Assembly: GCA_048938895.1 (NCBI GenBank)
Contig: JBHLLU010000011.1
Span: forward strand, 1-64,000
Length of the DNA stretch: 64,000 nucleotides
Direction: 5' to 3'
DNA from: Promethearchaeota archaeon
Lineage (GTDB): Archaea > Asgardarchaeota > Lokiarchaeia > Sigyniarchaeales > SOKP01
The position numbers and the translations under genes are program-made. This document shows, in pieces, positions 21,387-31,613 of the stretch (position 1 is the stretch's first letter; each line of letters begins with the position of its first letter). The notes beneath the pieces were generated by a model. That model saw only the letters and a program-made list of their open reading frames with translations, ran no database searches and was not told the DNA's origin.

Positions 21387-21586
21387 TTAATTACCAACTC
21401 CTTTTTTTTTTTTCATAATTCAAGGCATCTAACCATACTAGTTATACTTATTGTTAGTTTTTATTATTTCTACCTATTACTAAAATAGAATCTTAGAAAA
21501 TTAAAATAATTATGGTATAATTAATAAGCCCTATATTTAATTTCTATCAATAATTTTGAGAATAAAACTAAATATTAAGTGAGTTT

Positions 21587-22792
21587 ATGAGTTCAAAAAA
21601 ATCTGAAGTTTATTTTGGTTCAGTTCAGCATGGTAAAATCGCAGAAATTGCATGTTTTGCTGCAAAAGTAGATAGAATTACTGAAATGCTAATTGAAAAG
21701 ACACCAATTGTAGCTAAAGATAAAGTAGCAATAAAAATGCACCTTGGATTTAGAGATGGATATCAAACAGTACCGGTGTTTTTTGTTCGTCGCATTGTAG
21801 AGGCAATAAAGAAGAAAGGAGGCTATCCATTCGTCACAGATAATCCTACAGCAGTTTATAATGCCTATAAAAGAGGATATACTCAGGAAACTTGTGGTTG
21901 TCCAATCATACCAATTGCAGGTGTAAAAGATGGTTATACCACTCCAGTAAAGATTAATTTTAAAGGTATTAAAACACTTGATCTTGGAGGTTCGTTAAAA
22001 GATGCGGATGTATTAATTGATTTAACGCATGCAAAGGGGCATGGGGCATGTGGGTACGGTGGAGCTATTAAAAACCTCGCTCTGGGAGGGTATTCAGGTA
22101 CAACTCGTTGGATGAAGATTCATGGAGTATCTCAAATAGATAAATATTGGGATAAAGAAAAAGGAACTCCTGAACATGCTAAGAAGCTTGTTGAAGCATG
22201 TCCTTATGGTGCACTTCGATATGAGGAAACTCAATCCAATCTTATTAGAAACTATCATGACTGTCACCAGTGTTTCACATGTTTAGAATTGGATCAAGGT
22301 GTTGGAGCACTAAAAGTTCCAAGAGAAAGTTATAGTGCATTTCAAGAAATGATTGCAATTGCAGCAAGTAAAGTTCTTGAGACTTTCAAACCTGAAAAAG
22401 TGTTCTATTTAAATTTTCTGCTACAAATAACAACGTTCTGTGATTGTGTGGGTATGGGTCAACCTTCAATAGTTAATGATATAGGTGTCTTAGGATCAAA
22501 AGATATCGTAGCAATAGAAACAGCAACACTTGACCTAATTAAAAAGGAAGGTTTAATAGAAAAAGCGATTCCTCCATTTTTAAAGCATGTTAATCTTAAT
22601 CCTGAAGATGATATACATCCTTTTACAAGACTTCATGGTCTCTATAAAGATCCATATGAAGCTATAGGTTATATTGAAAAATTGGGCTTAGGCACTTCAC
22701 AATATGAACTGATTGAAATCTTATCTCCTGAAGAAATAGCTAAAATGAAAACTCCTGAACGACAGTTTGAAGGAGAACCAACATTCTTTTAA
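21587..22792 (+). CDS. DUF362 family Fe-S protein
   Basis: KVAIKMHLG, THAKGH, GGAIKNLALG, CPYGA/CHQCFTC ferredoxin-like segment, CDC, DIVAIETA. Confidence 0.88.
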   Translation: MSSKKSEVYFGSVQHGKIAEIACFAAKVDRITEMLIEKTPIVAKDKVAIKMHLGFRDGYQTVPVFFVRRIVEAIKKKGGYPFVTDNPTAVYNAYKRGYTQETCGCPIIPIAGVKDGYTTPVKINFKGIKTLDLGGSLKDADVLIDLTHAKGHGACGYGGAIKNLALGGYSGTTRWMKIHGVSQIDKYWDKEKGTPEHAKKLVEACPYGALRYEETQSNLIRNYHDCHQCFTCLELDQGVGALKVPRESYSAFQEMIAIAASKVLETFKPEKVFYLNFLLQITTFCDCVGMGQPSIVNDIGVLGSKDIVAIETATLDLIKKEGLIEKAIPPFLKHVNLNPEDDIHPFTRLHGLYKDPYEAIGYIEKLGLGTSQYELIEILSPEEIAKMKTPERQFEGEPTFF

Positions 22793-22881
22793 CTAATTTA
22801 CTTTGTTTTTGAGTTAAATCCTTTAAAAATTTGTAACAAAACGCTAAGCCCCCCTCCAAAGTTGTTTTCTAATAATTTCAG

Positions 22882-23337
22882 TTACATTAAAAGAGTGAGT
22901 ACTTTTTCCTCTAGTGTCATCGTACCTGTGCCAAAAATCTTATCAATTGTGGCTCTAAATGGTTCAAACAAGGAGGCATCATTTAATTTACATCCATTAT
23001 AGTCTGAAATAAATTTTTTCAATAATTTGTCAAGCAACGGTTTTACGGACCGATTCAGATATTTTTCCAGTCGTGCATCCTTATCTAAAACTAAAAAAGA
23101 GAGAATTTCTTGCTCTTCCCCATAAAAATCTTCTATCATTCTAGTTCTGAAAACTAGGGAATATTTGCTGGTTTCAAAGTATTCTATTGGCTCCATTAGG
23201 CAACCAGCGAACGTAAAAAGTCCACTCAATAACCCACTGGAACAAATCAGATCTGTATGTTCCTTACTCGCCCTATGATAACTGGAATATATGATAGGCA
23301 TACCATTGAATATGATACCGGCTTCTCGAATTAACAT
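22882..23337 (-). CDS. Longin-like domain protein
   Basis: beta-beta-alpha-beta-beta-beta-alpha-alpha pattern with SGLLSGLFTF helix; SD GGAG before ATG 23337. Confidence 0.6.
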   Translation of the reverse strand: MLIREAGIIFNGMPIIYSSYHRASKEHTDLICSSGLLSGLFTFAGCLMEPIEYFETSKYSLVFRTRMIEDFYGEEQEILSFLVLDKDARLEKYLNRSVKPLLDKLLKKFISDYNGCKLNDASLFEPFRATIDKIFGTGTMTLEEKVLTLLM

Positions 23338-23495
23338 ATACACTCCTATATGATTTTGAAACACAACACATTAAGTAAATATTCTTACCAAGAACCCTTG
23401 ATATACATCACAATTTACATTTTTAAATTTTGATATTATAATTATGACATGTAGGATTCTTAGGCAAATTTACAGCAGAAAATAATTGAAATAGG

Positions 23496-23516
23496 AAAAG
23501 GAAGTACTCTCCTTTT
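23496..23516. terminator. Hairpin AAAAGGA-N7-TCCTTTT
   Basis: Perfect 7-bp inverted repeat with A/T tracts between two minus-strand genes; terminator or operator. Confidence 0.3.
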
Positions 23517-23570
23517 GATAATTTCATATCTAGGATGAAAAAAAAAGTAATAAATTTCAAAAATATTTTT

Positions 23571-24041
23571 TTATAGAAAGGAGTTCCATGCGTTAATGAT
23601 ATCCTCTTGCCTTACTTTATATTTGCTAGCTAATTTATCTATATTAAGATGAGGGATTACACCATCGTCCCAGATCGAATTAATATCTGCAACTATGGTC
23701 CTTACATAATCAACATTATCTGTGTAAAGATCTATTTGAACTGTATGATTATTTGGATTATGTACTACCATTCCAGACATTTTATCGGCAATTTCAGCGT
23801 AAAAATTAGTTTGAGGTGATAAAAAATAAAAGGTATTATTCCTTCCACCTCCAGATTCAGCAGATTTCACCGAGGGATCAATACTTTTTATAAAATTTTC
23901 TACTTTATATGCAAGATCTGGTTTATATTTTGAAAATTTCATTTTCATTTTCTTTGGTCGGGCATAAAATGTATATTTCTGTTGGTTAGTTAGTCCTAAT
24001 TTTGCTGCCTCCTTTTTTAACTGTTTACCCATTTTTTTCAC
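23571..24041 (-). CDS. Hypothetical protein
   Basis: 156-aa ORF filling the gap; no motif recognised. Confidence 0.7.
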   Translation of the reverse strand: MKKMGKQLKKEAAKLGLTNQQKYTFYARPKKMKMKFSKYKPDLAYKVENFIKSIDPSVKSAESGGGRNNTFYFLSPQTNFYAEIADKMSGMVVHNPNNHTVQIDLYTDNVDYVRTIVADINSIWDDGVIPHLNIDKLASKYKVRQEDIINAWNSFL

Positions 24042-24156
24042 TTGTTTGTAAAATTAATTTGTTTTTATCATTTAATAATGGGAAATTCAAATATTTAAAT
24101 TTCTTTTAGTTTGGATTTATTGATAAAAAGAGTTTAAATTAAATAATAGGTATATT

Positions 24157-25485
24157 TTATGAAGAAACTGTTAAATTATTAAAAACCATATAAGGTAATT
24201 GGGAATTCTCGACAAATTCTGTTTCTTTTGAAATATACATACAATTTTTTATCATTTCAAGAATATTTCCACTTATATTTCCAAGCTTGATTGGATGTTG
24301 GAACTCTCCATTTTTTATATAATATCCATTCCTGATTTCAGCCCCAAAAAAACCAGATAATTCATCGGGGTATAACCAAGAGAATTTTTCGATAAAATAC
24401 CCCTCTTTTATACTTAAAATTACTTCCTCTAAAGGAATCTTTCCAGGATGGATTTGCAAATTACTTACACCATTCCTTACGGCACCATTCACACTTCGAA
24501 TACCGTTCCCTGTAGATTTCATATTCTCTAAAATGGCATATTTTTCGTCAAAGAGACGATTTTGAAATATCCCATCTGTGATAATTTCAGTTTTCTGGTG
24601 TGGGTTACCTTCCCCATCCCAAGGATTAGAATTTAAACCTCCATCAAGTAATCCATTATCTATAATAGATACTTCTTCAGAAGCGACTTTATCGTTAATA
24701 TTATAATTAGAGACCTTTTCACTAAATGCCTTCCCTAAGGCATGAAATCCTATTACTGGAACAATAGCCTCTCGCAATACGTATGGAGAAAATACCACAA
24801 CTGCCTCCTTATTTGGTTTTGGAGGTTTTGCACTTAATGCATCTTTTGCAAGCTTAGCCCATTTTTCTACACGAGACTGAAATTTTAATTGTTCTTTTTC
24901 TTTATAATATCGAGTTGTCCATAATTCTGATAATTTACCGTTCTTTTCAGATTTTAAAGCAAGTTCAATAAAGAAATAGGTTTTCATAGCATTTAGATCT
25001 AATTCGTTGCTATTTCTTAAAAATTTCTTTTGAGTGTGTATTCTAAAACGTCCAAACGTAGGTTCAATTCCCTCCTGTTCCTCTACAGCCCTGATCAACT
25101 CTTGACTCAAATCTCTTTTAATTTCTATTGGATTTTTTAATATAGTCTTATCTGCTAATGGGAGTGTCTGTGTTTTGTTTTTTATTGGGAAATGATACTC
25201 TGAGCTGATATTATATTTTGAAATGAGTCTACAAGTTTCAATATTTTTTATAATTTCTTTTGGAACCAAAGAATTTCCTTTTACAACTCCTATTCCTGTG
25301 CTATTCCCTTTTTGCGTAAGAATACGGATTATATATTCAAAATCATCAACTATTCTTTCAGTTTCAGGATCTTTTCTAAGGAATATTGTCTCATAATTCT
25401 TCCTATCTATGTAAAGAATTTCATATTCCTGAATATCTTCTAATTTAAGGTATTTTTCTATTAAATCAATTTTATCATTTATCAT
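24157..25485 (-). CDS. tldE: TldE/PmbA family protein
   Basis: PWDGEG, STGNG, GNISGN motifs; no HExxxH; SD GGGGTGA before ATG 25485; follows tldD. Confidence 0.88.
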   Translation of the reverse strand: MINDKIDLIEKYLKLEDIQEYEILYIDRKNYETIFLRKDPETERIVDDFEYIIRILTQKGNSTGIGVVKGNSLVPKEIIKNIETCRLISKYNISSEYHFPIKNKTQTLPLADKTILKNPIEIKRDLSQELIRAVEEQEGIEPTFGRFRIHTQKKFLRNSNELDLNAMKTYFFIELALKSEKNGKLSELWTTRYYKEKEQLKFQSRVEKWAKLAKDALSAKPPKPNKEAVVVFSPYVLREAIVPVIGFHALGKAFSEKVSNYNINDKVASEEVSIIDNGLLDGGLNSNPWDGEGNPHQKTEIITDGIFQNRLFDEKYAILENMKSTGNGIRSVNGAVRNGVSNLQIHPGKIPLEEVILSIKEGYFIEKFSWLYPDELSGFFGAEIRNGYYIKNGEFQHPIKLGNISGNILEMIKNCMYISKETEFVENSQLPYMVFNNLTVSS

Positions 25486-25493
25486 TTGCGATA

Positions 25494-26876
25494 TCACCCC
25501 GGACTAATTAATGCTTCTGTTATTCTGGTAAAGCTACCCCCACTTCCAACCGGTACACGATCTTCATCCCCTTTACCACATGTACCTCCATCTATTGCGA
25601 GTTTATCACGGGTTATCGCATCAATATTATTTAACACTTCTAGAACACTCCCACTTAAAGCAACAGATTTCAAAATCTTTGTTTTTTCTCCATTTTCGAT
25701 TAAATAGCCTTTCTTAGACGTGTTTTGCATTGAACCTCCAAGAGGATCTTCCATACCGAAAGAACCATGAACTAATAATACTCCATATTTAATTTCTGAC
25801 ATCATTTCCTCAAAAGTGTAATCCCCAGATTCAAAATACGTATTTGTCATTCTAGGATGGACAGGATGGGCAAAACTTTCCCTTCTTCCATTTCCTTTAG
25901 GTATTGCATTCAAAGCAGCTGCGGTACGTCTATCATATATAAAATCTTTTAAAATCCCATTTTCAACCAATATGTTTTTGCCAGCTTTAATACCCTCATC
26001 ATCAAAGAAGTATGTTCCAATTGATTTATCTATTGTAGGTGTATCGCATATTGTACAAATTTCAGAAGCAACTTTTTTGTTTAAGAGGGGTTTTAAGTAA
26101 CTTCTTCCTCTTAAAATTTGATCTGCTTCAAGACCATGACCAAAACTTTCATGAGCAACCATACCAGTCATTTGTGGATCCAAGATAACAGTATGTTTAC
26201 CAGAAGGTGCTAATTCTGCATTTAACATCTCTATAGATTTTTCTGCGATTTGATCTAATTTTGAGTTGTCTAATTGATCAAAAAATTCTAATCCAATCTC
26301 TCCAGATTTAGTATAATAATCAAAATCGGCATTAGAATCTTCTTTTGCAACTGGGATAGTATAAAAAGCAATTCTAGGGATAAGTTGTCTTAATTGACTG
26401 CCTTCATTGTTAAAGAAAATACGTTCTATTGTACGTTCAAGATACCTAATTTGGACATTAATTATCCTTTCATCATAATTCATAAGATAATCATAAATAT
26501 ATCGAATTTTCTGGAGTTTATCTTCAATTGAGACATCGGAGGGATTCAATTTTGGTTTAATCTCCTTGTTTATCTTCCAGCCTTCTAATTCTGGTAATTT
26601 ATCACCGTAATTTGTTATTTTAGGGATGTGTTCGATAACTTGTTGAGGGGATACAGACTCATCAAAAGTAATCTCATTCCATGTACCAATATAAGTGCGT
26701 GCTACAATACCAGACTTTTTCGTATTAACTGAAATATCTTCAGATGTTGGTGTTTTTTGAATAAAGGTTGAGGACATAGAATCAAATAAAATATCGAAAT
26801 ATTGATTTTTACGTTTGAAATGATTACAGATTTCCTCAAAGTTGGAGAAAATCTCGTCATACGATTTTTGACCCAT
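25494..26876 (-). CDS. tldD: TldD metalloprotease
   Basis: AHESFGHGLEAD, FFDDEG, GNGRRE, PRMTNT, GTCGK motifs. Confidence 0.93.
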   Translation of the reverse strand: MGQKSYDEIFSNFEEICNHFKRKNQYFDILFDSMSSTFIQKTPTSEDISVNTKKSGIVARTYIGTWNEITFDESVSPQQVIEHIPKITNYGDKLPELEGWKINKEIKPKLNPSDVSIEDKLQKIRYIYDYLMNYDERIINVQIRYLERTIERIFFNNEGSQLRQLIPRIAFYTIPVAKEDSNADFDYYTKSGEIGLEFFDQLDNSKLDQIAEKSIEMLNAELAPSGKHTVILDPQMTGMVAHESFGHGLEADQILRGRSYLKPLLNKKVASEICTICDTPTIDKSIGTYFFDDEGIKAGKNILVENGILKDFIYDRRTAAALNAIPKGNGRRESFAHPVHPRMTNTYFESGDYTFEEMMSEIKYGVLLVHGSFGMEDPLGGSMQNTSKKGYLIENGEKTKILKSVALSGSVLEVLNNIDAITRDKLAIDGGTCGKGDEDRVPVGSGGSFTRITEALISPG

Positions 26877-26954
26877 AATATTCAAATCTTTATTTCTGTA
26901 GTAATTAGATTTTTATTAGACAAAATTAAAACCTTTTTAGAAATTTAAGAAAAT

Positions 26955-28400
26955 TTACTTAATATCTAAAATCTCTTTGACCAGTTTCTTTTTTTCTTCA
27001 AGATCCGATTGCCTTGATATCATAATTCTTTGTGCCATCGGTGAGCCTGCCCCATGCATACTTTCTGTCTTGTAACTCACTGAAGCGACACCCATTGTTA
27101 AATTTTCAATAAATCTAAGCACTCTGTATCGATCGTCTGCGCAAAGTCCCTCACAAGTAACTAAATATTTTTCTAATAATGGTCCAATTTCTTCTGATTT
27201 AAAATCAGCCTCAGAGGGCAATGTACATATAATTCCTCCTGCAATATCCTCTGCAAGTCTACCTATTTCATATGGAAACCTAGTAACATTTTGTTTACAC
27301 ACATTAGCTAGAAGCATATCCATTTCATAGTTTCCAGCTTCCCTTTGAAAACCCAAAGAACTACATGCAATTCCACAGCTATACAATGTTTCATTTAAGT
27401 GTACCATCTCAACAAGTTTATCCCTAATATGGGACGCTTTATCTGTACCATTGTATTCTGAAATCAATGCTGCCGCTCCAATCAGAACATCCCCAACACC
27501 AACCTTACATCCTCCATAAGATTGACGATGATAGCCACCAAATCGATTAACTAATTCCCCAGAAAAATCAATTTCACCTTTCATAAATACATTTTCCATT
27601 GGAATAAATACATCATCAAAAATCACAAAGATCTCTTGACCTCCATACTTGAAATTTCCAATATCGAGTTTTCCATCTTCCATTTTTCGCGTATCACATG
27701 ATTGTCTTCCATATACTAAAGTTATTCCCTTTGTATTGGTATCAGTTCCAAAACTGACTGCATATTCTTCTTCACCTGGTCGTAGAGCCAGCGTAGGCAT
27801 AACAATCACTCTATTTGAGTTTAAAAATCCAGTTTGATGGACTTTTGCTCCTCGAACAACAATACCATCATCTCTCTCATCAACGATATGGAGATATGCA
27901 TCAGGATCAGGCTGTTGGTTCGGTCTTTTACTTCGATCTCCTTTAGTATCTGTCATTGCTCCATCAACCATTAAATCTTGAGTTTGTACTTCAATCCAAT
28001 ACTTTTTAAATCGCTCATGATAATCGGTTCCATATTTCTTATCAATTTCGTAAGTTACACTATATAACGAGTTTCCAGCATCGAATCCAACACATCGTTG
28101 AAAACAACAAGCAGTATGTTGTCCTAAAAGTCGTTGCATTTTTACTTTATTTATTAAATCATCAATGGATTGATGAATATGGGTGAATCTATTTATTACT
28201 TCACCGGTTAAATGGGAAGTGGCAGTCATAATGTCACGATATTCATCCATTTGTGCCAATTCATAAATCTTCATAACTGTATTAATTGAAGGCTTAATGA
28301 TGGGGTGATTCCAAAATTCTTCTACTTTTTCGCCAAACATATACAAATTAACTGGTCGTTTAATACTTTCTAAATATTGTTCTGGTGTTTTTAATGGCAT
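26955..28400 (-). CDS. abfD: 4-hydroxybutyryl-CoA dehydratase/vinylacetyl-CoA isomerase
   Basis: CFQRCVG and HRQSYGGCKVG [4Fe-4S] ligand motifs; ESMHGAGSP. Confidence 0.92.
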   Translation of the reverse strand: MPLKTPEQYLESIKRPVNLYMFGEKVEEFWNHPIIKPSINTVMKIYELAQMDEYRDIMTATSHLTGEVINRFTHIHQSIDDLINKVKMQRLLGQHTACCFQRCVGFDAGNSLYSVTYEIDKKYGTDYHERFKKYWIEVQTQDLMVDGAMTDTKGDRSKRPNQQPDPDAYLHIVDERDDGIVVRGAKVHQTGFLNSNRVIVMPTLALRPGEEEYAVSFGTDTNTKGITLVYGRQSCDTRKMEDGKLDIGNFKYGGQEIFVIFDDVFIPMENVFMKGEIDFSGELVNRFGGYHRQSYGGCKVGVGDVLIGAAALISEYNGTDKASHIRDKLVEMVHLNETLYSCGIACSSLGFQREAGNYEMDMLLANVCKQNVTRFPYEIGRLAEDIAGGIICTLPSEADFKSEEIGPLLEKYLVTCEGLCADDRYRVLRFIENLTMGVASVSYKTESMHGAGSPMAQRIMISRQSDLEEKKKLVKEILDIK

Positions 28401-28530
28401 GTTTATTTTCTCTTTAAACTATATTACATTAGGATGATAATTGATAATTGAGTTGTATAAAAATCTAAGTCTTTAATACTTAATTATAATGAACTATAAC
28501 TTAGTTTAGGGTGTTTTAGTAGTAGATACA

Positions 28531-29466
28531 CTATTCCTGTTGTAAAGATTCTCGCTCCTTAGTTTCCTCTATTTTATCAGTCTCAGAATAGCCATGAGAG
28601 CGTTCCTCTAGATAAGTTATTCTCTTTTCTAAGATAGTTAATGTTTCTATAATATTATTGATAATTTTATTTGTTTCTCTAATTTCAAAATGGAGATCCC
28701 CGAGTTGGTTAAGAGTGAATGTCATAACTTTGGACTCTTGAACAGGTTCAATTAACCAATTAATGATATTTTGGACAAATCTTTGATTATCTAAAGAATG
28801 TAATCCAATGTTCGAATCGGATGTAAAAATATCAATATCTCCTATAGCAACGACCTTCCCCTGTCCAAATTCAGAATATGCTGCAATTATTTGCTCTTCC
28901 TTTTCACCCTCTCTAATCCACTGTTCTGTTGTGTTATCAAATATTTCTGGCCAAGAATTTTCTTTAGTTTCCAATATGGATCTAGCATCCTTAGTTAAAA
29001 ATAGGGAACACGCGCCACCTATGTTAAGTTCTCTAATGTGTTTTACTAATTGGTGTTTTGAAAGTTCTTGAATGTGTAAGATACTAGTACAATTTTGATT
29101 AACAGTATTAACTTGTTTAATAAGGTTTTTTTCAAATCTCATCCCAAATTTCCCAGAAAGGTCATTTATGTTAGTTTTCTGTAGAAAATCTGATCCATAT
29201 TCACTTAACAAGAGCAATCCTCCACCAGATCTGACAAAATCAACAATTACTTTGATTTCTGGTGTTGAAAAAAAATCGTCGATAGGATTACCAATAACTA
29301 ATAGATCAATATCCCTTAGTATTTCTTTAGTTAACTGTTTTTTTTCATTTATCTTTATAGTTAAATCTAATCTCTTTAATAAATTTGCAAAATCAGAGAA
29401 TTCTTTATCTTCTATATTTAACATTTCATTATGAGCGACATCAAATAAGACTTTTTTTTTCAGCAT
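28531..29466 (-). CDS. GIFT/DUF4350-like (GATase-fold) protein with C-terminal coiled coil
   Basis: VLFDVAHNE, DLLVIGNP, FVRSGGGLLL, GQGKVVAIGDIDIF, NQRFVQNIINWL. Confidence 0.75.
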   Translation of the reverse strand: MLKKKVLFDVAHNEMLNIEDKEFSDFANLLKRLDLTIKINEKKQLTKEILRDIDLLVIGNPIDDFFSTPEIKVIVDFVRSGGGLLLLSEYGSDFLQKTNINDLSGKFGMRFEKNLIKQVNTVNQNCTSILHIQELSKHQLVKHIRELNIGGACSLFLTKDARSILETKENSWPEIFDNTTEQWIREGEKEEQIIAAYSEFGQGKVVAIGDIDIFTSDSNIGLHSLDNQRFVQNIINWLIEPVQESKVMTFTLNQLGDLHFEIRETNKIINNIIETLTILEKRITYLEERSHGYSETDKIEETKERESLQQE

Positions 29467-29684
29467 CTTTTCGAAGTATCTAAAGAATTTATTTTCTAAA
29501 GGGAGGTCTGTATATTATCAATAAGATATTAAAATTAGATTATGTCTTTAATGAAAATTCAAATATAAAAATCATTACATGTCAGATTCTCTATACCAAA
29601 AATTTTTTAAACGGTTTATAATACCTAGTTTTGGATTAAATTTTATGATTGAATTATAAAAAAAATTCAAATGGAAAATAATCT

Positions 29685-30986
29685 ATGAGTGACAATATCG
29701 CTGTTATCGGTTTATCTTGGGGTGATGAAGGTAAGGGTAAGTTTGTAGATTATTTAGCACAAAAAGCAGATGTGGTCGTGAGATACAATGGTGGAAATAA
29801 TGCTGGACATACAATTGAAGCTAATGGAATTAAATATAAATTTAAGTTAGTTCCCAGTGGAGCTCCATTAGAAAAAGAATGTGTTATTGCTAATGGTTGT
29901 GTCGTAGATCCGAAGGTATTACTTGAGGAAATAGATAATTTGAAAAAACTCAATAAAAATATAAATTTAAAATTAAGTTCGACTGCACACGTCATCTTTC
30001 CATTTCATCGTGTTTTAGATGGCCTAGAAGAAGAATCAAAAGGGATATATAGTGCAGGTACAACCAAAAGAGGGATTGGCCCTACGTATTCAGATAAAGC
30101 AGCTCGATGGGGTTTAAGAATTTTTGATTTAATTAACCCAAATTTGTTAAAACCCAAATTAGAAAAGCTATATAAGATAAAAAAAGACTTAATTCGAATT
30201 TATGATCCCTCTTGGGATATTGATTTCAATTCTATTTTTGAAGAATATAAATCCTATGGAGAACAGTTAAAACCCTATGTAATTGATACTGCATTTTATT
30301 TAAATAAGGTAATTGATTCTGGTAAAAAAGTTGTCTTTGAAGGAGCTCAGGGAAATCTATTAGGATTAGACCATGGAATGTATCCATTTGGAACTTCTTC
30401 AAATCCAAATGTTCTTGGGATTTCTGCGGGAACCGGAATCCCACCTAAAAAGCTAAATAAAGTGCTTGGAATTATTAAAGCATACACTTCAAGAGTTGGT
30501 TCAGGAAAATTTCCCACAGAATTATTTAATGATATAGCGGAAAAAATAAGGGAACAAGGTCGAGAATATGGGACAGTAACGGGAAGACCTAGAAGAGTAG
30601 GATGGATAGATCTTTTTAACATTAAATATGGGATAATGATTAATGGAGTAGATAAAATCGCAATAACTCTATTAGATGCTCTACAAGGTATTAATCCTGT
30701 TAAAATGTGTACCGGATACGAATTAGATGGAAAAATTCTCGAAAGTTGGCCAATTCAGCATGAAATAATCGAACAGTGTAAGCCAATTTATAAATTGTTT
30801 AAAGGATGGGAAGAAATAACAAGGGAGAGATGGCAAGAAATTGCTCAGAATGGGTACGAAGCGTTACCTGATACAATGAAAATATATATTCAAGCGATTA
30901 AGGAAGAATTACAGATTGAGATTGCTATGATCTCAATCGGACCTGATAGAACTGAAACTATTGTTATAGATAAAGATCTTTTCTAA
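29685..30986 (+). CDS. purA: Adenylosuccinate synthetase
   Basis: WGDEGKGK, GGNNAGHT, GTTKRGIGP, EGAQG, TVTGRPRRVGW. Confidence 0.98.
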   Translation: MSDNIAVIGLSWGDEGKGKFVDYLAQKADVVVRYNGGNNAGHTIEANGIKYKFKLVPSGAPLEKECVIANGCVVDPKVLLEEIDNLKKLNKNINLKLSSTAHVIFPFHRVLDGLEEESKGIYSAGTTKRGIGPTYSDKAARWGLRIFDLINPNLLKPKLEKLYKIKKDLIRIYDPSWDIDFNSIFEEYKSYGEQLKPYVIDTAFYLNKVIDSGKKVVFEGAQGNLLGLDHGMYPFGTSSNPNVLGISAGTGIPPKKLNKVLGIIKAYTSRVGSGKFPTELFNDIAEKIREQGREYGTVTGRPRRVGWIDLFNIKYGIMINGVDKIAITLLDALQGINPVKMCTGYELDGKILESWPIQHEIIEQCKPIYKLFKGWEEITRERWQEIAQNGYEALPDTMKIYIQAIKEELQIEIAMISIGPDRTETIVIDKDLF

Positions 30987-31012
30987 AAGAAATTTTTTAT
31001 TTTTTTTTAATC

Positions 31013-31534
31013 TTAAAATTTAGGATTCTCATAAGTTTTTAGTTCAAATTGCATTCCACAATGAAAGCAATAAGCGAATCCCTTTGAGATTAAAAGAAAC
31101 TGCATGGATTCTGTTAATTTGTGCCCACATTCAGTACAATAACTAGGAATTTTTTCTCTCTCTATTCCATATTGAGATAATCTCTGTTCTACAGGAGTCA
31201 CTTGTACTTCAGTAGTAGGTAGTATTTTTCCCTTCTGTTTTTTTGGTTTTCCTGATATCGCATAGTATAAGGCTTCAAATAATTTATAAAGTCCAATAAA
31301 TATTCCTTTAAAAAGATAATATAACCCCTTGAATAAGTAATACAATAAATACCCCACACCCTTTAAAATATAGTAAACTAAAATAATTGCACCAATTAAA
31401 ATTGCGATAATTCCTATTGCAACTAGAATTTGTGTAAGTAAGGGTAATTCTAAAAACCATGCAATTGGATCTTCCCAGATAATATCCCAACCCGATTGAA
31501 ATAAGTTCAAATCAATATTCATATTTATTCTCAA
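31013..31534 (-). CDS. Membrane protein with repetitive aromatic helix and C-terminal zinc ribbon
   Basis: TM helix, YYLFKG-type repeats, CTECG...CFHCG. Confidence 0.75.
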   Translation of the reverse strand: MRINMNIDLNLFQSGWDIIWEDPIAWFLELPLLTQILVAIGIIAILIGAIILVYYILKGVGYLLYYLFKGLYYLFKGIFIGLYKLFEALYYAISGKPKKQKGKILPTTEVQVTPVEQRLSQYGIEREKIPSYCTECGHKLTESMQFLLISKGFAYCFHCGMQFELKTYENPKF

Positions 31535-31613
31535 TTAAAAATAATATATTTTGTATTAAAAAAAAATTGGAGTCCATTTTTTAATTGGTTAAAACTCATT
31601 GATCTTTATGTTT

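Noticed and set aside
21341-21397. ORF-track N-terminus MVIKWPAAQKVCILNVYLK from TTG 21397
   Set aside because: The TTG directly abuts the SD-like GGAG, and the product lacks the first CxxC; ATG 21386 plus splicing explains the sequence better, though this start is not formally excluded
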